64,000 nucleotides of DNA from Mobula hypostoma (Eukaryota). The translations under genes and the position numbers were made by a program. Location: positions 86,306,001 to 86,370,000 of the forward strand of contig NC_086097.1 in assembly GCF_963921235.1 (NCBI RefSeq). Direction: 5' to 3'. The notes beneath the pieces are model-generated. The model worked only from the letters and a program-made list of their open reading frames with translations, was not told the DNA's origin and ran no database searches. This document shows, piece after piece, positions 12,430-26,199 of this stretch. How positions within the stretch are numbered: position 1 is the stretch's first letter; each line of letters begins with the position of its first letter.

Positions 12430-13631
12430 GTTGGATGATCAGTCATGATTGCACTGAATGGTGGTGCAGCCTCAAAGGGCCGAATGGCCTGCTTCTGCAC
12501 CTATTTTCTATTTTTTCTATGTTTTCTAAGAACTGAGTGGGACAAGCAACATCTGTGGAAGGAAATGGCCGGCTGACATTTTGGGTCAAGACCTTTTATT
12601 TGGAGAGAGTAAGGAAGTTTTCCCTAGTAGTCGATGCTGGAACAAAACATACTATTATTTCATTCCTGCTTATGGAACTTTGTTGTGTCTTGTTGCTGTG
12701 CCCAACAATTATGTGAATATTTGCCCGAAGAATAGACGGAGCATGACTTGTTGCTGTGTTCAACAAGTCATGCTCCCTCTATTCTTCGGGCAATTATTCA
12801 CATAATTCTCATTCACCCTAGTTACTGATCCAGGCGCTTGACCCTTCGCTGCCTTTTCAATTTCAACTCCCCTCCCCCCGTGCTTAAAATGCAACAGAGG
12901 AGCCATGCTTTTTACCCTATCCCCTCTTTGTCCTTTCTCATCCCTACTAACCAAAATCGTGACTATGTGTCAGTGAATAGGCATGGTGGATTATCTACAA
13001 CCTTTCAAGCATCCTCTTCCATAGCCTGCCCTCATTGTCCAGCTGAACAGAACCAGTTCCACTGTTTCCAATCTCCCTATCGTACTATAACTAAACAATA
13101 TCTATTGTTCTAACAGCTTTGTCTCACCAATCCCTCTAAAAAAACACAACTTCTGGTCACTTCTCTCTTTCATCTAGTGGTCTGCCTTCTTTCTTGTGAA
13201 GCCTTTAAGGAAATGTAACTGCACCAAAAGATTCACATAAATAGAAGTGTCTTCAATGAGCTATCCCCCCCTGAATGTGGGAGGTCCCATTTTCTTTGCA
13301 AAATATGTGCAATTCAGGAAGATTTGAATTAACTCAAATCAAACCATTTACAAATAGCGTGATTTTCAGCTTTTAGTTGCAGAATTACACCATCATTTAG
13401 TTGCTAAGCACATGCACGTTTCAGTCACAGAGAGAGTTGTACTCACAAGGTGAGAAATAAGAGAATTACAGATTCACTGTCAAGTATAACCAAGCTAGCC
13501 ATTTATATTGTCTTGTATGCTTTTAAACAAATTCACAGAAGTCATTAGCCATCTTTCACACACCATAGCAGATAGCCATCTAAAATAATTTTTTAATTAG
13601 CGTCTTATGTTGTGAGAAATTTGTGGTGTAA

Positions 13632-14835
13632 GATGCATACATCAGGATGCTCTTTATCGATTCCAGCTCAGCGTTCAATACCAATATTCCCTCAAAAATA
13701 ACCAATAAGCTCCAAGACATTGGCCTCGATATCTCCTTGTGCAATTGGATCCTCGATGTTCTTACTCGCAGACCCCAGCCAGTTCAGTTTGACAACAACA
13801 TCTCTTCCACGATCTCCATCAGCACAGGTGCACCACAAGTTTGTGTGCTTATACCCCTGCTCTATTCATTTTACACTTATGACTGTGTGGCTAATTACAG
13901 CTCCCATGCCATATTCAAGTTTGCTAATCACACCACAGTTGTAGGTTGCACCAAAAGGGGGCTGAGTGGCGCCATAACAGCAACCTGTTACTCAATGTCA
14001 GCAAGACCATGCAGCTGGTTATAGACTTCAGAAGGAAACCAGAGGTGCATGAGCCAATCCTAATCAAGGAATCAGAGATAGAGAGGGTCAGCAACTTTAA
14101 ATTCCTCAATGTTATCGTTTTGGAAGATCTGTCCTGAGCCCAGCATGTATGTGCAATTACAAAGAAAGCATGGCAGCACCTTTACTTCCTTAAATATTTG
14201 TGAAGAGTCAGCATGACATCTAAAACTTTGACAAACTTCTATAGATGTGTGGTGGAGAGTATATTGACTGGTTGTATCACAGCCTGGTATGGAAACACCA
14301 ATGCCTTTGAATGGAAAATCCTACAAAATGCAGTGTATATGACCCCGTCCATTACAGATAAAGCCCTCCCCACCATTGAGCCAATCTACATGAAGAGTTG
14401 TTGTAGGAAAGCAGCATCCATCATCAGGGACCTCCACCACCCAGGTCATGCTCCCTTCTCACTGCTGCCATCAGGAAGATGGTACAGGAGCCTTAGGGCT
14501 CACACCAGTAAGTTCAGGAACGGTTATTACCCCTCAACCATCAGGCTCTTGAATAAAGGGAGATAACTTCACTCAACTTCAATTGCCCCATCATTGAAAT
14601 GTTCTCACTACCTACAGACACACGTTCAAGAACTCTTCATCTCATGTTCTTAATATTTATTATTTCTTTCTTTTTTGTATTTGCACAATTTGCTGTCTTT
14701 TGCACATTGGTTGAAATATTCTGCTCTGATTATTATTCTATTATTGATTTATTGCGTATGCCCACAAGAAAATGAATCTCAGGACTGTACATGGTGACAT
14801 ATATGTACATTGATAATAAATTTACTTTGAACTTT
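13632..14835 (+). mobile_element. Rex1/Babar-like LINE, 5'-truncated
   Basis: [52 protein letters not shown]. Tail AATAAATTTACTTTGAACTTT. Confidence 0.88.
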
Positions 14836-15544
14836 ATGCTCACAGTGAACATCAGGAATTAAGTCTCTATGATCAGTGGATATTTTTTTTGAAAACACCT
14901 TCCAAATTTTTTTTTTTGCTGTTGTCTGTTGCCAAAGATAAGTTCTGAAATTTCAACTATTTTGAAATGTAACTTTTAACAGTCTTTTATTTAAAATTTA
15001 AAAAACGGAGAACACTGAAAATACTCAGTAGGTAAGTCTGTTATCTGTGAGAAGAGAAAAAGGGTGATTGTTTCTAGCCAAAAGCCCTATGTCAGAACCA
15101 GGAAGCTCTTTAAGTTGAGCTGTTTGCAACCTTTTCTTTTGAAACCTATGGCCTCTGTCTCTGAGGGCAATTTCATATTCAAGTACAATTCGTCCTTCAA
15201 ACTACCATATCCATTCTTTGTTTCTGTGGTTGTAGTTGTTAGTCAACTTACTCAAGTTTTATAAGGTATTGGTTGAGTATTTATGATTAACTTCTACTTC
15301 ATATCCTGAAAGCAGCTCACTGGCCCAGAGCCTGGAATAACAGAGAAAGGACACTGGCAGAAAGGACAAGGAAGTGATTTGTCATTATGCATCTCTGCAC
15401 TTTTAATCACTCTGATGCATGTATGTTCTGCATTGATAAATTTGAGAGATTTGATGTATATGTATTTACAGCCAGCACTGGTGACAGTCCTACCCTTGTC
15501 AGAATACTGCAGGCTCTAGCAGCACTTCAGATCTTGAGTGAAAA

Positions 15545-15740
15545 TTTTAATGTTTAAAACCGGCATAGCACTTAGTAAAAGACAGAGATAAATAGATTTC
15601 TGGATATAAGGAAATCAAGGGAATATGGGGAAATAGAGTTGGTAATGGTGCTGAGGTCAAAAATCAGTCATGATTTTAATGCATGGAACAGCAGGCCTGA
15701 AGGACCATAGGGCTACTCCTCCTTCTATTTCTTAAGTTCT
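15545..15740 (+). mobile_element. Old CR1 3' remnant
   Basis: Diverged match to the CR1 3'UTR at 12350-12528. Confidence 0.55.
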
Positions 15741-17349
15741 TGTGATGCTCTTACATTGTCCTTTCACTGAGCCACTAAAACAAAGTCAACTGTGCCATAA
15801 TGCTACAAAGCAATATGACAGGAAAACAGGCCCGCTGGCCAAGATGTCCAAAGATTAGCAAAGAAAACATCCTCTCAGTGCCTTGATTAAACTTTCATTA
15901 ACTTTCAATCCACAGTGTATCACCAAAATCATTATTAATTTTATGCCATTTGCCTTGCTTAAATGGATGCACTTGGAAGGAATTTGTGATAGGCACTGAA
16001 ATGCCCTGAGCAATGATAAATTGCCAAGAAAGGCTGATTTCTTTTTGTTGCTTATCTAATAGGAGATTTTTCTATTTCCTATTTTCTTTCTCTGTGCAAG
16101 ATAGAAATAGTTCTAATTTCATACATTTTCTCCTCTGAGCTGATATTGACTCAGAAATGAAGTCCCCAAATTTATTTTGTGCAGAATCCTTACAGCCAGC
16201 AGTTAGAAGAGATTTCATATCATCATATAGATTAGAATCTGATGTCCAAAGCAAAATGACAAAAATAACGCTTTCCATTACTTGGTCCATGAATTGCAAA
16301 AGCAATATTTTTTATATTATATAACAGCATGAAAATAATTTCCATTTGACATGCTATAGCATAATTTTCAAAGAGCATCCATCAGTCTTTTTAGATTGCT
16401 ATAGCCAAAGAATCCTTTGCACCTGACATTACAAGTATCTGTTGTCAGAAGATGAGCATATTGTAGTATTTGTGTTTGTAACAAAGTCATCGTTGGAACT
16501 AAATTCAATCTGTAAAAGAATACATTTGACTAATTTTGTTATGTCATATGTTATGACCTTTAATCTCTGGTCTCCCATAGCTATTAATTATTAAGAACAG
16601 CTGCAAGGCGTTGGACCACAAGACCCGACAGAAGATAATAAAAAAACACTAAGTGGATCAATAGGGTCTTCTTCCCCTCTATTTGTGACATTTACCAGGT
16701 GTACTGTATACAAAGGGCCTAAAGCATTGCTCAGGATTCCTACCATCTACCTCACAATCTCTTTCACTCACTACCATCAGGAAAGAGAAACAGGAATATC
16801 AGGACTAAGACTGCCAGATTGGGTGACCGTTTCTTTCCTCAGGCTTTAAGAATAATGTGTATTGTGGAAGTACATCTGCAACCCTGGAGTCCTTATGAAT
16901 TTATAACTTTTGTAAAATGTAATGTGACAAAATGGAACCTTTGTGATCCCAGAGTGCTCTGCTGATTTGTTGATGGGAAGCTTGTAAAAAGGGGTGTGAC
17001 TTATAGTAGGATGTGTTTTATGGCAGGGAGTGTTTTGACAACAGACAGAAAGAGGATACAGCTTTCAGGGGAGCAGGGAGTGGGGAGAAGGCCTCAAAGA
17101 GAAATGTGGCTCCTTTAAGATGGATGCAGCTAAGAAAGGAATGCGATTAAGGGATGCAACGACCTCAAAGGCATGAAGTTGATGAGTTACTGGACAGTGT
17201 AAATGTATAAAAATGATCTATTTTCAGCTGCCACCACTGAGGGCTTGCCACCAGGACCGTGAGAAGTTCACTGATTACTGTTCTATTTAATGTTTACGTA
17301 TGCAGCATACTACATCCACTTTTAATTACTGAATCACTATTGCAAAGTG

Positions 17350-18020
17350 TTCCCCCTCACAAACTTTTGTCACCTGCTCTTTCTTATTCCCAATAAGAGA
17401 TCTAGTATCACACTCTCTCTAGTTGGGACTTCTATATACTGATCAAGGAAACTTTCCTGAACCCATTTGACAAACTGTTTCTCATCCAACCCTTTTACAG
17501 TATGGGAGACCCAGTCAATTTGCTGAAAGTTAATATCTCCTATCACAACCTTATGCTTCTTGCAGCAATCTCTCTACAAATTTGCTCTTCTAAATCCTGT
17601 GGACTATTGGGTCATCTATAATATAATCCCATTAGATCCCTGAGGCACACCACTGGTCACAGACCTCCATGCAGAATATGAACCATCTACAAGCACTGTT
17701 TGCCTTCTGTGGGCAAGCCAATTCTGGATCCACAAAGCAAGGTCTCCTTGGATCCCATGCCTCATTACTTTCTGAAGGAGCCTTGCATGAAGTACCTTAT
17801 CAAATGCCAGACTGAAATCCATATATACTACATCCTCTACTCTACCTTCATCAATGTGTTTTCTTACATCCTCAAACTCACTTAAACTCACTTCTGTAGG
17901 CAGCTCTACCCACAGCCACACAACATGCTGAGTGAAAAAGCTTCCCCTCGGTTTCCCCTTAGATATTTCACCTTTCGCACTGAATCCATGTATTCTTGTT
18001 CTATTCTCACTCAACCTGAG
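17350..18020 (-). mobile_element. Mosaic of CR1 endonuclease, RT and 3' fragments
   Basis: VVYMDFSLAFDKV, VTSGVPQGS and FFTQHVV motifs in non-collinear order. Confidence 0.75.
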
Positions 18021-18119
18021 AGGAAATTATTCACCCTTGCTGACTCTTCACAAATATTTAAGGAAGTAAAGGTGCTGCCATGCTTTCTTTGTAATTGCAG
18101 ATGTATGCTGGGCTCAGGG

Positions 18120-18562
18120 CAGCTACCCAGATGGAATATAAGGTGCTGCTCCTTCAATCTGAGTGTGGCTTCACCACGACAGTAGAGGAGGCCATGGATT
18201 AACATGTCAGAATGTGAATGGAAAGTGGAATTAAAATGGGTGGCCACTGAGAGATCTTGCTTTTTCTGGTGGACGGAGCGTAGGTACTCAGCGAAGTGGT
18301 CTCTCAATCTACGTCGGGTCTCACCAATATACAGGAGCCACACTGGGAGTACCGGATGCAATAGAAGACCCAAACAGACTCACAGTTGAAGTGTGGCCTC
18401 AACTAGAAGGACTGTTTGGGGCCCTGAATGGTAGTGAGAGAAGTGGTGTAGGGGGCACGTGTAGTGCTTGTTCCACTTGCAAAGTTAAGTGCCCGGAGGG
18501 AGATCTGTAGGGAGGGATGAATGGACAAGGGAGTCGCAGAGGGACCAATCCCTGTGAAAAGC
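18120..18562 (-). mobile_element. Penelope-like GIY-YIG fragment
   Basis: LLYIGETRRRLRDHFAEYL..ATHFNS. Homologous to 8090-8525. Confidence 0.88.
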
Positions 18563-21500
18563 CAATGAGAGATCCTGGCATCGGAGTCAAGATTGCTGCT
18601 TTTACTGCGGGGAAGCAGGTCACCTGCGGGCTGAATGTCGGAAGTTGCAGACTCCTGGGGAACTGCTCAGAGTCGGGAGGACTTTTATGGAGGCAGCCAT
18701 TACACCCAATCCCAGGGATTCTGGTTTCTTGCTGAAGGCAGAGTTCACCTGGGGTAAGAACTTGAGGCCGGTGAAGACTTTTGTTGACTCGGGGACAGTG
18801 GGTATTTTCTGGATTTAGGAACCATCCATCAGTTTGACATACCGCTGCAAGAGTTGAGCCAGTCCTTGCTCGCAACTGTTTTGGATGGCCGCTCACTAGG
18901 ATCTAGGCAGGTCCAGCAACAGACTGTGGTTTTGCAGATGCGGATAGGGGATCATGTGGAAGACATTAGTTTCTACATTATTGACTCTCCACTCATATCC
19001 CTGATCCTTAGGTACCGCAGGCTGTCTCAGCATAACCCGTCCGTGGACTGGAGAGAGGGGAGAATCATTGCTTGGTTCAGTAAGAGGCTTTGTTTCTGGT
19101 GTGGTGTTCTGCCACCCTGTCTCTCTGGTGACCAACAACCAGTAAGGGGGCAGGCTTCAGTGCCAGGGAAGCTGAGGCCTTTTGGAAACCTAGCCCAGTC
19201 CTCAAGAGCAGACAGGCCGGATCTGGCCAACGGGACAGTGGAAGTCCTGACACAGTCTAGCCAGAATCCCACAGGAACTAGAGAGTGTATTTCTAGGTCA
19301 GGAGAAGACCAAAGAGATGCCCAAGCAGTCTGGGAGACTTGTCATTAAGCTGAAGGGAACCAGCCATCAGGTCTCATGGAAGGGGAAGACTCCTTTACTC
19401 TTTGCTCCTTTACTATTCCTGGGGACACAAGAACTCTCTGCACCACTTCACCACCATTGCCTGTGGATACAGACAGGGAGTCAGACTCTGATTTGGCCAC
19501 TGCTTCCGCAGATGACCTTTGTGAGCACAGAGAGATGACTCTGAAGCCCGTCTAATCACCCCTGCACCAAAGAAGCTTCAGGAGTCATCCTCAAAGGAGG
19601 AGGCAGCAAAATGATCAAAATCCCCCCTGTTTACAAGGACCTAGAGAAGGTTATTAGTATCGGAAAGTCCTTGATGTTTCCACTGCACTGGCCCTGTGAC
19701 TGTGCCATAGACCTGCTGCCCGGTCCTCTGTGGGGTCATTTGCACACGCTCTCAGGCTCAGAAAGAAGTACCATAGAGGAGTATATACTCCATGGAGGAG
19801 TATATACTCTTGCCCCGGGCCTCATTTGGCCCTCCACCTTACCCACTGGCTAAAGTTTCTTCTTCGTACAAAAGAAAGATGGAAGCCTGTGGCCATGCAT
19901 TGATTACAGGGGATTAAACTACTCACCAAGTTAGAGCTCTGGAGTGCCTACATTCTGGTCTGTATCAGGGAGGTTGATGAGTGGAAGGTGGCATTCAATA
20001 CACCGATAGGGCACTATGAGTACCAGGTTACCCTGTTTGGCCTGGTGAACATCACAGCCGTTTTCCAGGCCTTTATAAATGATGTGCCCTGGGATACTCT
20101 CCATAAATATGCCTTCATTACTTGAATGATATCCTAATATACTTCTCTTCCATGGAGGAGCACTTCGTTCACATCAGAAATATTTTAAAGAGGCTACTAG
20201 ATCATGGATTTTACATCAAGTTGGATAAGTTCGAGTTTCATGTGATGACTGTTTCAATTTTGGGTTTCATCATCTCTAATGGTAATCTTGAGATGGACCT
20301 TAGCAAAACCCTAGGCAGTCAGAGACTGGCCACCACCATCCAATATCAAGCAGGTCCAATGAATCCTGGGGTTTCCTAACTTCTTCCAGAAGTTCATCAG
20401 GAACTTCAACTCAGTGGCAGCTCCGCTGATGGCCCTAACTAAGAAATTCACGGGCCCTCTTTTTTAGACTACGAAGCGGAGGCTGCTTTTGCAGAGTTTA
20501 AACAGTGATTGCATCTTGGTTGCAACCATCCTGCTTGCACCTACCCCAGACCTTCCGTTCAATGTTGAGGAGGATGCCTCAGACATTGGAGAAGGTGCCA
20601 ACTTGTCTCAACAATCACCTTCAGACAGTAAACTCCACCCGTGTGTGTTCTTCTCCAGACGGCTATCCCCGGCAGAGAGGAACTATGACATCGGAAATCG
20701 GAGCTTCTTGCTGTTAAGTTAGCTTTGGAGTGATGGCATCACTGGTTCGAGAGGGCCAAGAAACCTTTCATTGTTTGGACTGACCGCAAGAATCTGGCCT
20801 ATATTCAGAAGGCCAAGAGGAATGAATTGCAGGCAGGCCAGGCAGTCTTTGTTTTTTAACCAGTTTAATTTCATCCCGACCTATCGATCGGGGTCTAAAA
20901 CCCAGAAGCCGGATGCCCTCTCCTCCCAGTTTGATGAACTGGAACAGGAGGAACAGCCTGCCACCACTTTGCCCCAAGCCAGGGTGGTGGCTCCGATTCA
21001 CTGGGGCATCGACACTCCTGTGCAAGGAGAATCCTGAGAATGGTCGTCTGGGTTGGCTGTTCGTTCCAAGTTCCATCCAGTTCCAAGCACTGCAATGTGG
21101 ACACTCGTCAAGAACGACCTCACACAGAGGGATTGCCAGGACCCTCTGGTTTATCAAGAGGAGATATTGGTAGCCTGGAATTATGAGAGAAGTTCAGCAG
21201 TACATACAGGCATGCGAGGTGTGTGCCCAGAAGAAGGAGCCCCATACCCAACCTCCAGGGCTCCTCCACCCCCTATCCATTCTGAAAAGACTTTGGGCAC
21301 ACATCTTCATGGACTTCTTTGTCATGGGTCTCCTGTCATCCAACGGGAAATCGGTCATCATAGAGGTTGTCGATCGGTTTCCGAAAGCTTACAAGTTCTT
21401 TGCCTTGGAGAAGCTACTTTCCGCGGCAGAGACAGCCAAGATTGTCCTGAATTAGGTGTTCAGAATCCATGGATTCTTGGTGGATATTGTCTTGGATCAC

Positions 21501-22733
21501 GGTCCACAATTCTCATCACATTTCTGGAAGGCATTCTGTAAACTGATAGGGGCAATAGTAAGCCTTTCCTTTGGGTTTCACCAACAGTCCAGCAGCCAGA
21601 CAGAGCGGACCAACCAGGATTTAGTATGTACCCTGAGGTGCCTGGCCTCGGAAAGACCTGATGAGTGGTGTGACCATTTGATGTGGGCAGAGATTGCCCA
21701 CAAAACCTTACAGCACTTGGAGCACAGGATGTCACCATTCGAGTGCCAGTTTGGTTATCCTCCATCTCTCTTTCTGGAACAAAAAGCCGGTGTTGGGGTC
21801 CCTGCAGCAGAAGATCTTGTCCAGTGCTGCAAGGAGAAATGGATGAGGGCAAGAGGGATTTTGCTTTCCTCTGCCGGGAGAGCAGAGACCAAAGCAAACT
21901 GAAGGAGAAGTCTGGGACCTGCTTTACAGCCTGGGCAACAGGCCTGACTGTCCACTCAGGATTTGCCTCTCTGATTGGAATCAAGAAATTTGGCACCCAA
22001 GTTCATTGGTCCCTATAAGATTCTGAGAAAAGTAATGCTGGTGGTTTCCACCTTACAGCTCCTCAAGATTAGAAAGATCAGCCATACCTTCCACCTCTCT
22101 AAAGTAAAACCTGTCCACACCAGCCCCTTAATCCCACTACCATCAGTCCTGCTGCCAGGTTTTAACAAGGCGGAACAGGTCTTCATGGTGAAAAGACTTT
22201 TGGACTTGTGTATTGTTCAAGGTGTTCGGCAATACCTAATGGAATGGGAGGGATTCGGACGAGAAAAGAGCTGCTGGGTGCCAGAAATAGACATCCTGGA
22301 TCACACTCTCATGCATGATTACCATCACCACCTCTCCTTCTCCGAGCAACCAGGGACATCAGGAGTCAGCCGTACGGGAGGGGGTCCTGTTACGAGATGC
22401 TCCCAACCTTGCCAACTTCCAAAGTTTAAACACTCTAACTTTCCAGAGTATGGATAGCTAGTGCAGCCCCTTTAAGGGCTTAGGACATTCCCGTTAATTA
22501 ATAACCATGTTTTGGGCGCCAAGAATCAGTACTTAAGGAACACCTGAACTTAGGTTCAGTGCTCAATCATAAGTCTATCAGTGATTTCATCTAGCATTTG
22601 TTTTGTGCTCAGTTTCACGATCCCATTTGAGACAGTGTATCGATCCCAGTTATGATTAGCAAATTTGCGAATTTCTAGATGTGATACTCCATGATTTGGG
22701 TCCAAGCCAGCCTTGTCAAGGACTCTCATCACA
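18563..22733 (+). mobile_element. Degenerate Ty3/Gypsy chromovirus (sushi-like); 5' LTR and most of gag missing
   Basis: CFYCGEAGHLRAEC knuckle (~18597-18638), FVDSG protease, PCIDYRGLN and [14 protein letters not shown] and ERNYDIGNR RNase H, HHCC and core integrase, chromodomain QYLMEWEGFG, then PPT and TGTTAC. Confidence 0.93.
22388..22733 (+). repeat. 3' LTR of the Gypsy element (right end approximate)
   Basis: Starts TGTTAC directly after the GGGAGGGGG purine tract and probably ends at ..CATCACA. Confidence 0.65.
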
Positions 22734-22919
22734 CAGGGATTTAAAAAGATAGTTTGTGATTGATAAAAAGCTAGGATTTATCCTTTTGTTCACAGACAAT
22801 TCTGAAAGTGTGTCCAGTTTTGACAAACAAGAACAGAGTTCAATACGGCTTCATGTTGCCCAGTCAAGCCTAGTGCTGAATAACTAAATCATCTAAAGGC
22901 TAAGTCTGTATCCCTTGCA

Positions 22920-23400
22920 ACTTTAAAGTAACAGAGATAAGAGGTAGTGGACAATACAGGGGAATTGACAAGGAAGAGCTGAGTAATGACATTAATGGGC
23001 ACCAGAGTGACAGTGATGAAGAAAAGAAAGAGATTGAACAGATCTGCAGAATGATTTCAGTGAATTTATCAAAGTGGTTAACATCTCCAAAGTACAATTG
23101 GAAATAAATTGAAATAGAGAATTTTCTAGGGAAGTCATTAGTTTAGGAGATACAAAGGGAGTGATAACAGAGCAAATTGAAGAAAAATGACCTCATATGT
23201 TTGGAGTAATGGGAATAGTGAGACATAAGAAGGCCCATTCAAGGGTATGGTATTTAATAAGGATAGAGGAATAACTGTGATGATATCTTGATCAAAAATT
23301 CATGGTAGTTCTTGAGTGGGTGATGGAGAACAAGAAATTTTATTAAGAACTGCAAAGAATAGCAGGTGATGTTTCAATTGGCAGAATGATCCAAAGGAGC
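22920..23400 (+). mobile_element. Highly decayed CR1 endonuclease-region remnant
   Basis: Faint nucleotide similarity to the CR1 APE region. No ORF. Confidence 0.35.
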
Positions 23401-23661
23401 AGACCAATAAGTGGATTTGGTAATAAAAATGCACCACCATTGCGCAGTCACACAGAGAAAAATCATGAAAAATATACTTGAATAGAGGTTCCTTTTATGT
23501 GGAAGTATGCTTTTATGCTTCATCATTTAGCCAGGTTTCTGTCAAATTCATGACATCAGTGTAACCAATCATAATAAGCCCCAATAAGGAATCACAATAA
23601 TAACTGCATCAATGAAGTTCCAAAGAAAATGAGTTGAAAATGTTTTCAAAATTTTCTGCAC

Positions 23662-24172
23662 TCCTTCCATCACAGGTAAAGCCTTCCCCACCATTGAGCA
23701 CATCTACATGAAGCAATGTCACAGGAAAGCAGTTTCCATCATCAGGGACCCCCACCAGCCAGGACATGTACTTTTCTCACTGCTGCCAGATACAGGAGCC
23801 TCAGGACCCACACCACCAGGTTCAGGAACAGTTATTAACCCTCAACCATCAGCTTCTTAAACCAAAGGGGATAATATCACTCAACTTCACTTGTCCTGTC
23901 ACTGAAATGTTCCCACAACCTATCAACTACATTCAAGGACTCTTCATCTCACGTTCTCATTATTTATTGTTTATTTATTATTATTATTATTTCTTTTTTT
24001 TTGTATTTGCACATTTGTTGTCTTTTGCACACTGGGTGAACACCCAAGTTGGCACAATCCTTCACTGATTCTATTATCAGTTTAAAACGTGCCCACAAGA
24101 AAATGAATGTCAGGGTTGGATATGGTGACATATATGTACTTTGACAATAAATTTACCTTGAACTTTGAACCT
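23662..24172 (+). mobile_element. Rex1/Babar-like 3' end
   Basis: Collinear with 14345-14835 and has the same tail. Confidence 0.85.
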
Positions 24173-24594
24173 TGGCAGAAATTGTGATTAGCACATTTGC
24201 GAATTTCTAGATGTGATACTGATTTTTGCTTTGGTGTCAGGTCTCTCCTCAGTTCTTATTTTGCACACACCTGTGAAATCAAAGACCTGTCACGTATCTG
24301 GCACGGCCACTTGCCAACAGCCAGCTGCTTGCTTCAACTATTCCCACATGTTTAGCACATTCCAAGTGAGCTATGAAAAAAATCGCACTCACGGCTTTCA
24401 GCTAGCAGCCTTGTAGATTATCAGCCTTCTGAAGAGGGAAAGCAGGATTTCAGTGGGATAAAAACCCCTTCTATCTCATAGTTCCAATACAAGTAGCACC
24501 CAGTTCCATATTGAACTGTGGGGTTGGCGCAGTATTGTGATAGACAGCACGAGGAAGAAATTCATCTTTGTTTGTAAGGTAAAGATGTACAAAT

Positions 24595-24890
24595 GGGGTA
24601 GCACAGTGGCAGAGCCGATAGGACTGCCACTTCACAGCTTCAGTGAAGGTTGTGGAATTTTTTCCATGTGTTTTTGTGTATTCCCCCAGGTGCTCCAGTT
24701 CCTCCCACCTCACATTCCCAAAGATATGAAGGTTAATAGGCTGCTGTAAATTGTTTCTGGTGTGTAGATCAAGTCTTGGGGGAGTTGATGGGAATGTGGG
24801 GAGAATAAAACGAGATTAGTTTAATGGCATGCGTGAGAGTCAGTACAGACTTTGTGGGCTGAAGTGCTCGTCTGCACACTGTCTGACTAC
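24595..24890 (+). mobile_element. V-SINE/HE1-like tRNA-derived SINE (diverged)
   Basis: GGTAGCACAGTGG head. Core GGTGCTCCAGTTCCTCCCAC..TCCCAAAGA..TGTAAATTG. Confidence 0.7.
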
Positions 24891-26199
24891 GGAATAGGAG
24901 CTCCTCTTTGTATGTTGCTTCTGAAATTCGGCACTTGACTTCAATGAAGTACTATACACAGCTACCAATAACTACATGCATGAGCACAAGGGGTTATGAG
25001 CATATTTCTAACCCACATGTTCTTACAGATGTAGTACTGGCACTCCCAGGAATAAAAGCTACTCAGTTTTATTTTGTATCTAATACTTGAGGGAATGATG
25101 AGGAACACTTAGGTAAGTGAAAACAAAGAAATCCTTTTTTTAACTTTACTAAGGTATGACTGTAGTCATAAATATAATACAAAGCTTTGCACTATTATAA
25201 CCTGCAATGGATGGCTTTACATCACATATGATTAAATGAGTTTTAGAATCCAATCTGTCTCAAAGCACCCACTTCCAATTTTGATAGAGGTGAGATGGGA
25301 GGAGGGCAAACAGCTTGGTCCATACCACAAGTGCCTCATTTAAATATTTAAACAGGTTACGTGCTTCATATTTGATCTCCTTCAGGTTTCACAATGGTCA
25401 GGCAAATTTCACTAGCCTCCGAGGAAAGGTTATCAAAAGAGAAAAGATCTGTAGTATGAAAGTGGTAAATAGTCTTTCAGCTCACTCCACTAGGCCCCAG
25501 GTTAACCTGTTTCTTTCCTCCCGATAGACCCCATTATTGGACCCTCCATCCCCACTAAAACTACACACCAGTTCTCTACATCCACCTTGTCCTCAACACT
25601 ACCAGGCACACCCTATCCACTTACCTCTCCTTGCTACCTCTACCTCAACAATGCAACCTTAATGCTGATGGCTGTAGCCGCTTCCATAAGGCTTGAAGCT
25701 TTCATCCATTTAATAATGCTTTCGCACTTTGCATTGGCCAGTTATTCATGCTCTAACTCTGTGGCCTAGAAGCAGTGAACAAAAATCTGAGACCCCTATA
25801 TAGTGCTATAGTATTAGTCATTAGCTCCAGGAGAAAAGGGAATGTGGATAAAACTAGAGAATTATAATAGTTATCTACAATAATTGTTAACATAGCTAAA
25901 AGATTACAAATAATTAAATTGGTTTTATTCCAATGCAGAGTCTTGAACCAAAATGTTGATGATTTCTTTACCCCAACAGATTTTGTTTTTTGCCCTAGAT
26001 GCCGGTGTCCACGCCTCTTATATCACTGTCATAGCTTTTCCTGAATTGCATTTAGTGAATTATATACAGCTCAGGAATAGACCTTAGAAATTAATTAAAT
26101 GTTTAATATAGCAGCAATAAATTATTACACTATACACATAAACTTAGCGCATTTTGAAGGATTTTATGTTGGTGGATTTCACTGGCCCTCCCCACATTA

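Larger units (their letters stand above)
6813..12528 (+). mobile_element. Full-length, decayed CR1-clade LINE (5'UTR, ORF1, ORF2, 3'UTR), inserted in an older Penelope-derived short repeat
   Basis: Tandem 5'UTR, ORF1 with Cys motif and esterase, APE and RT domains, (TTCTATGT)n tail. The flanks 6767-6812 and 12529-12597 join into one short repeat. Confidence 0.93.

Noticed and set aside
16072..16305. 77-aa ORF with ankyrin-like KSLLTAGCKDSAQNKFGD
   Set aside because: No TPLH motif, weak splice signals and AT-rich context. Probably chance.
16860..17330. Possible LTR fragment
   Set aside because: Purine-rich with a TATA-like motif, but no defined termini or TSD.
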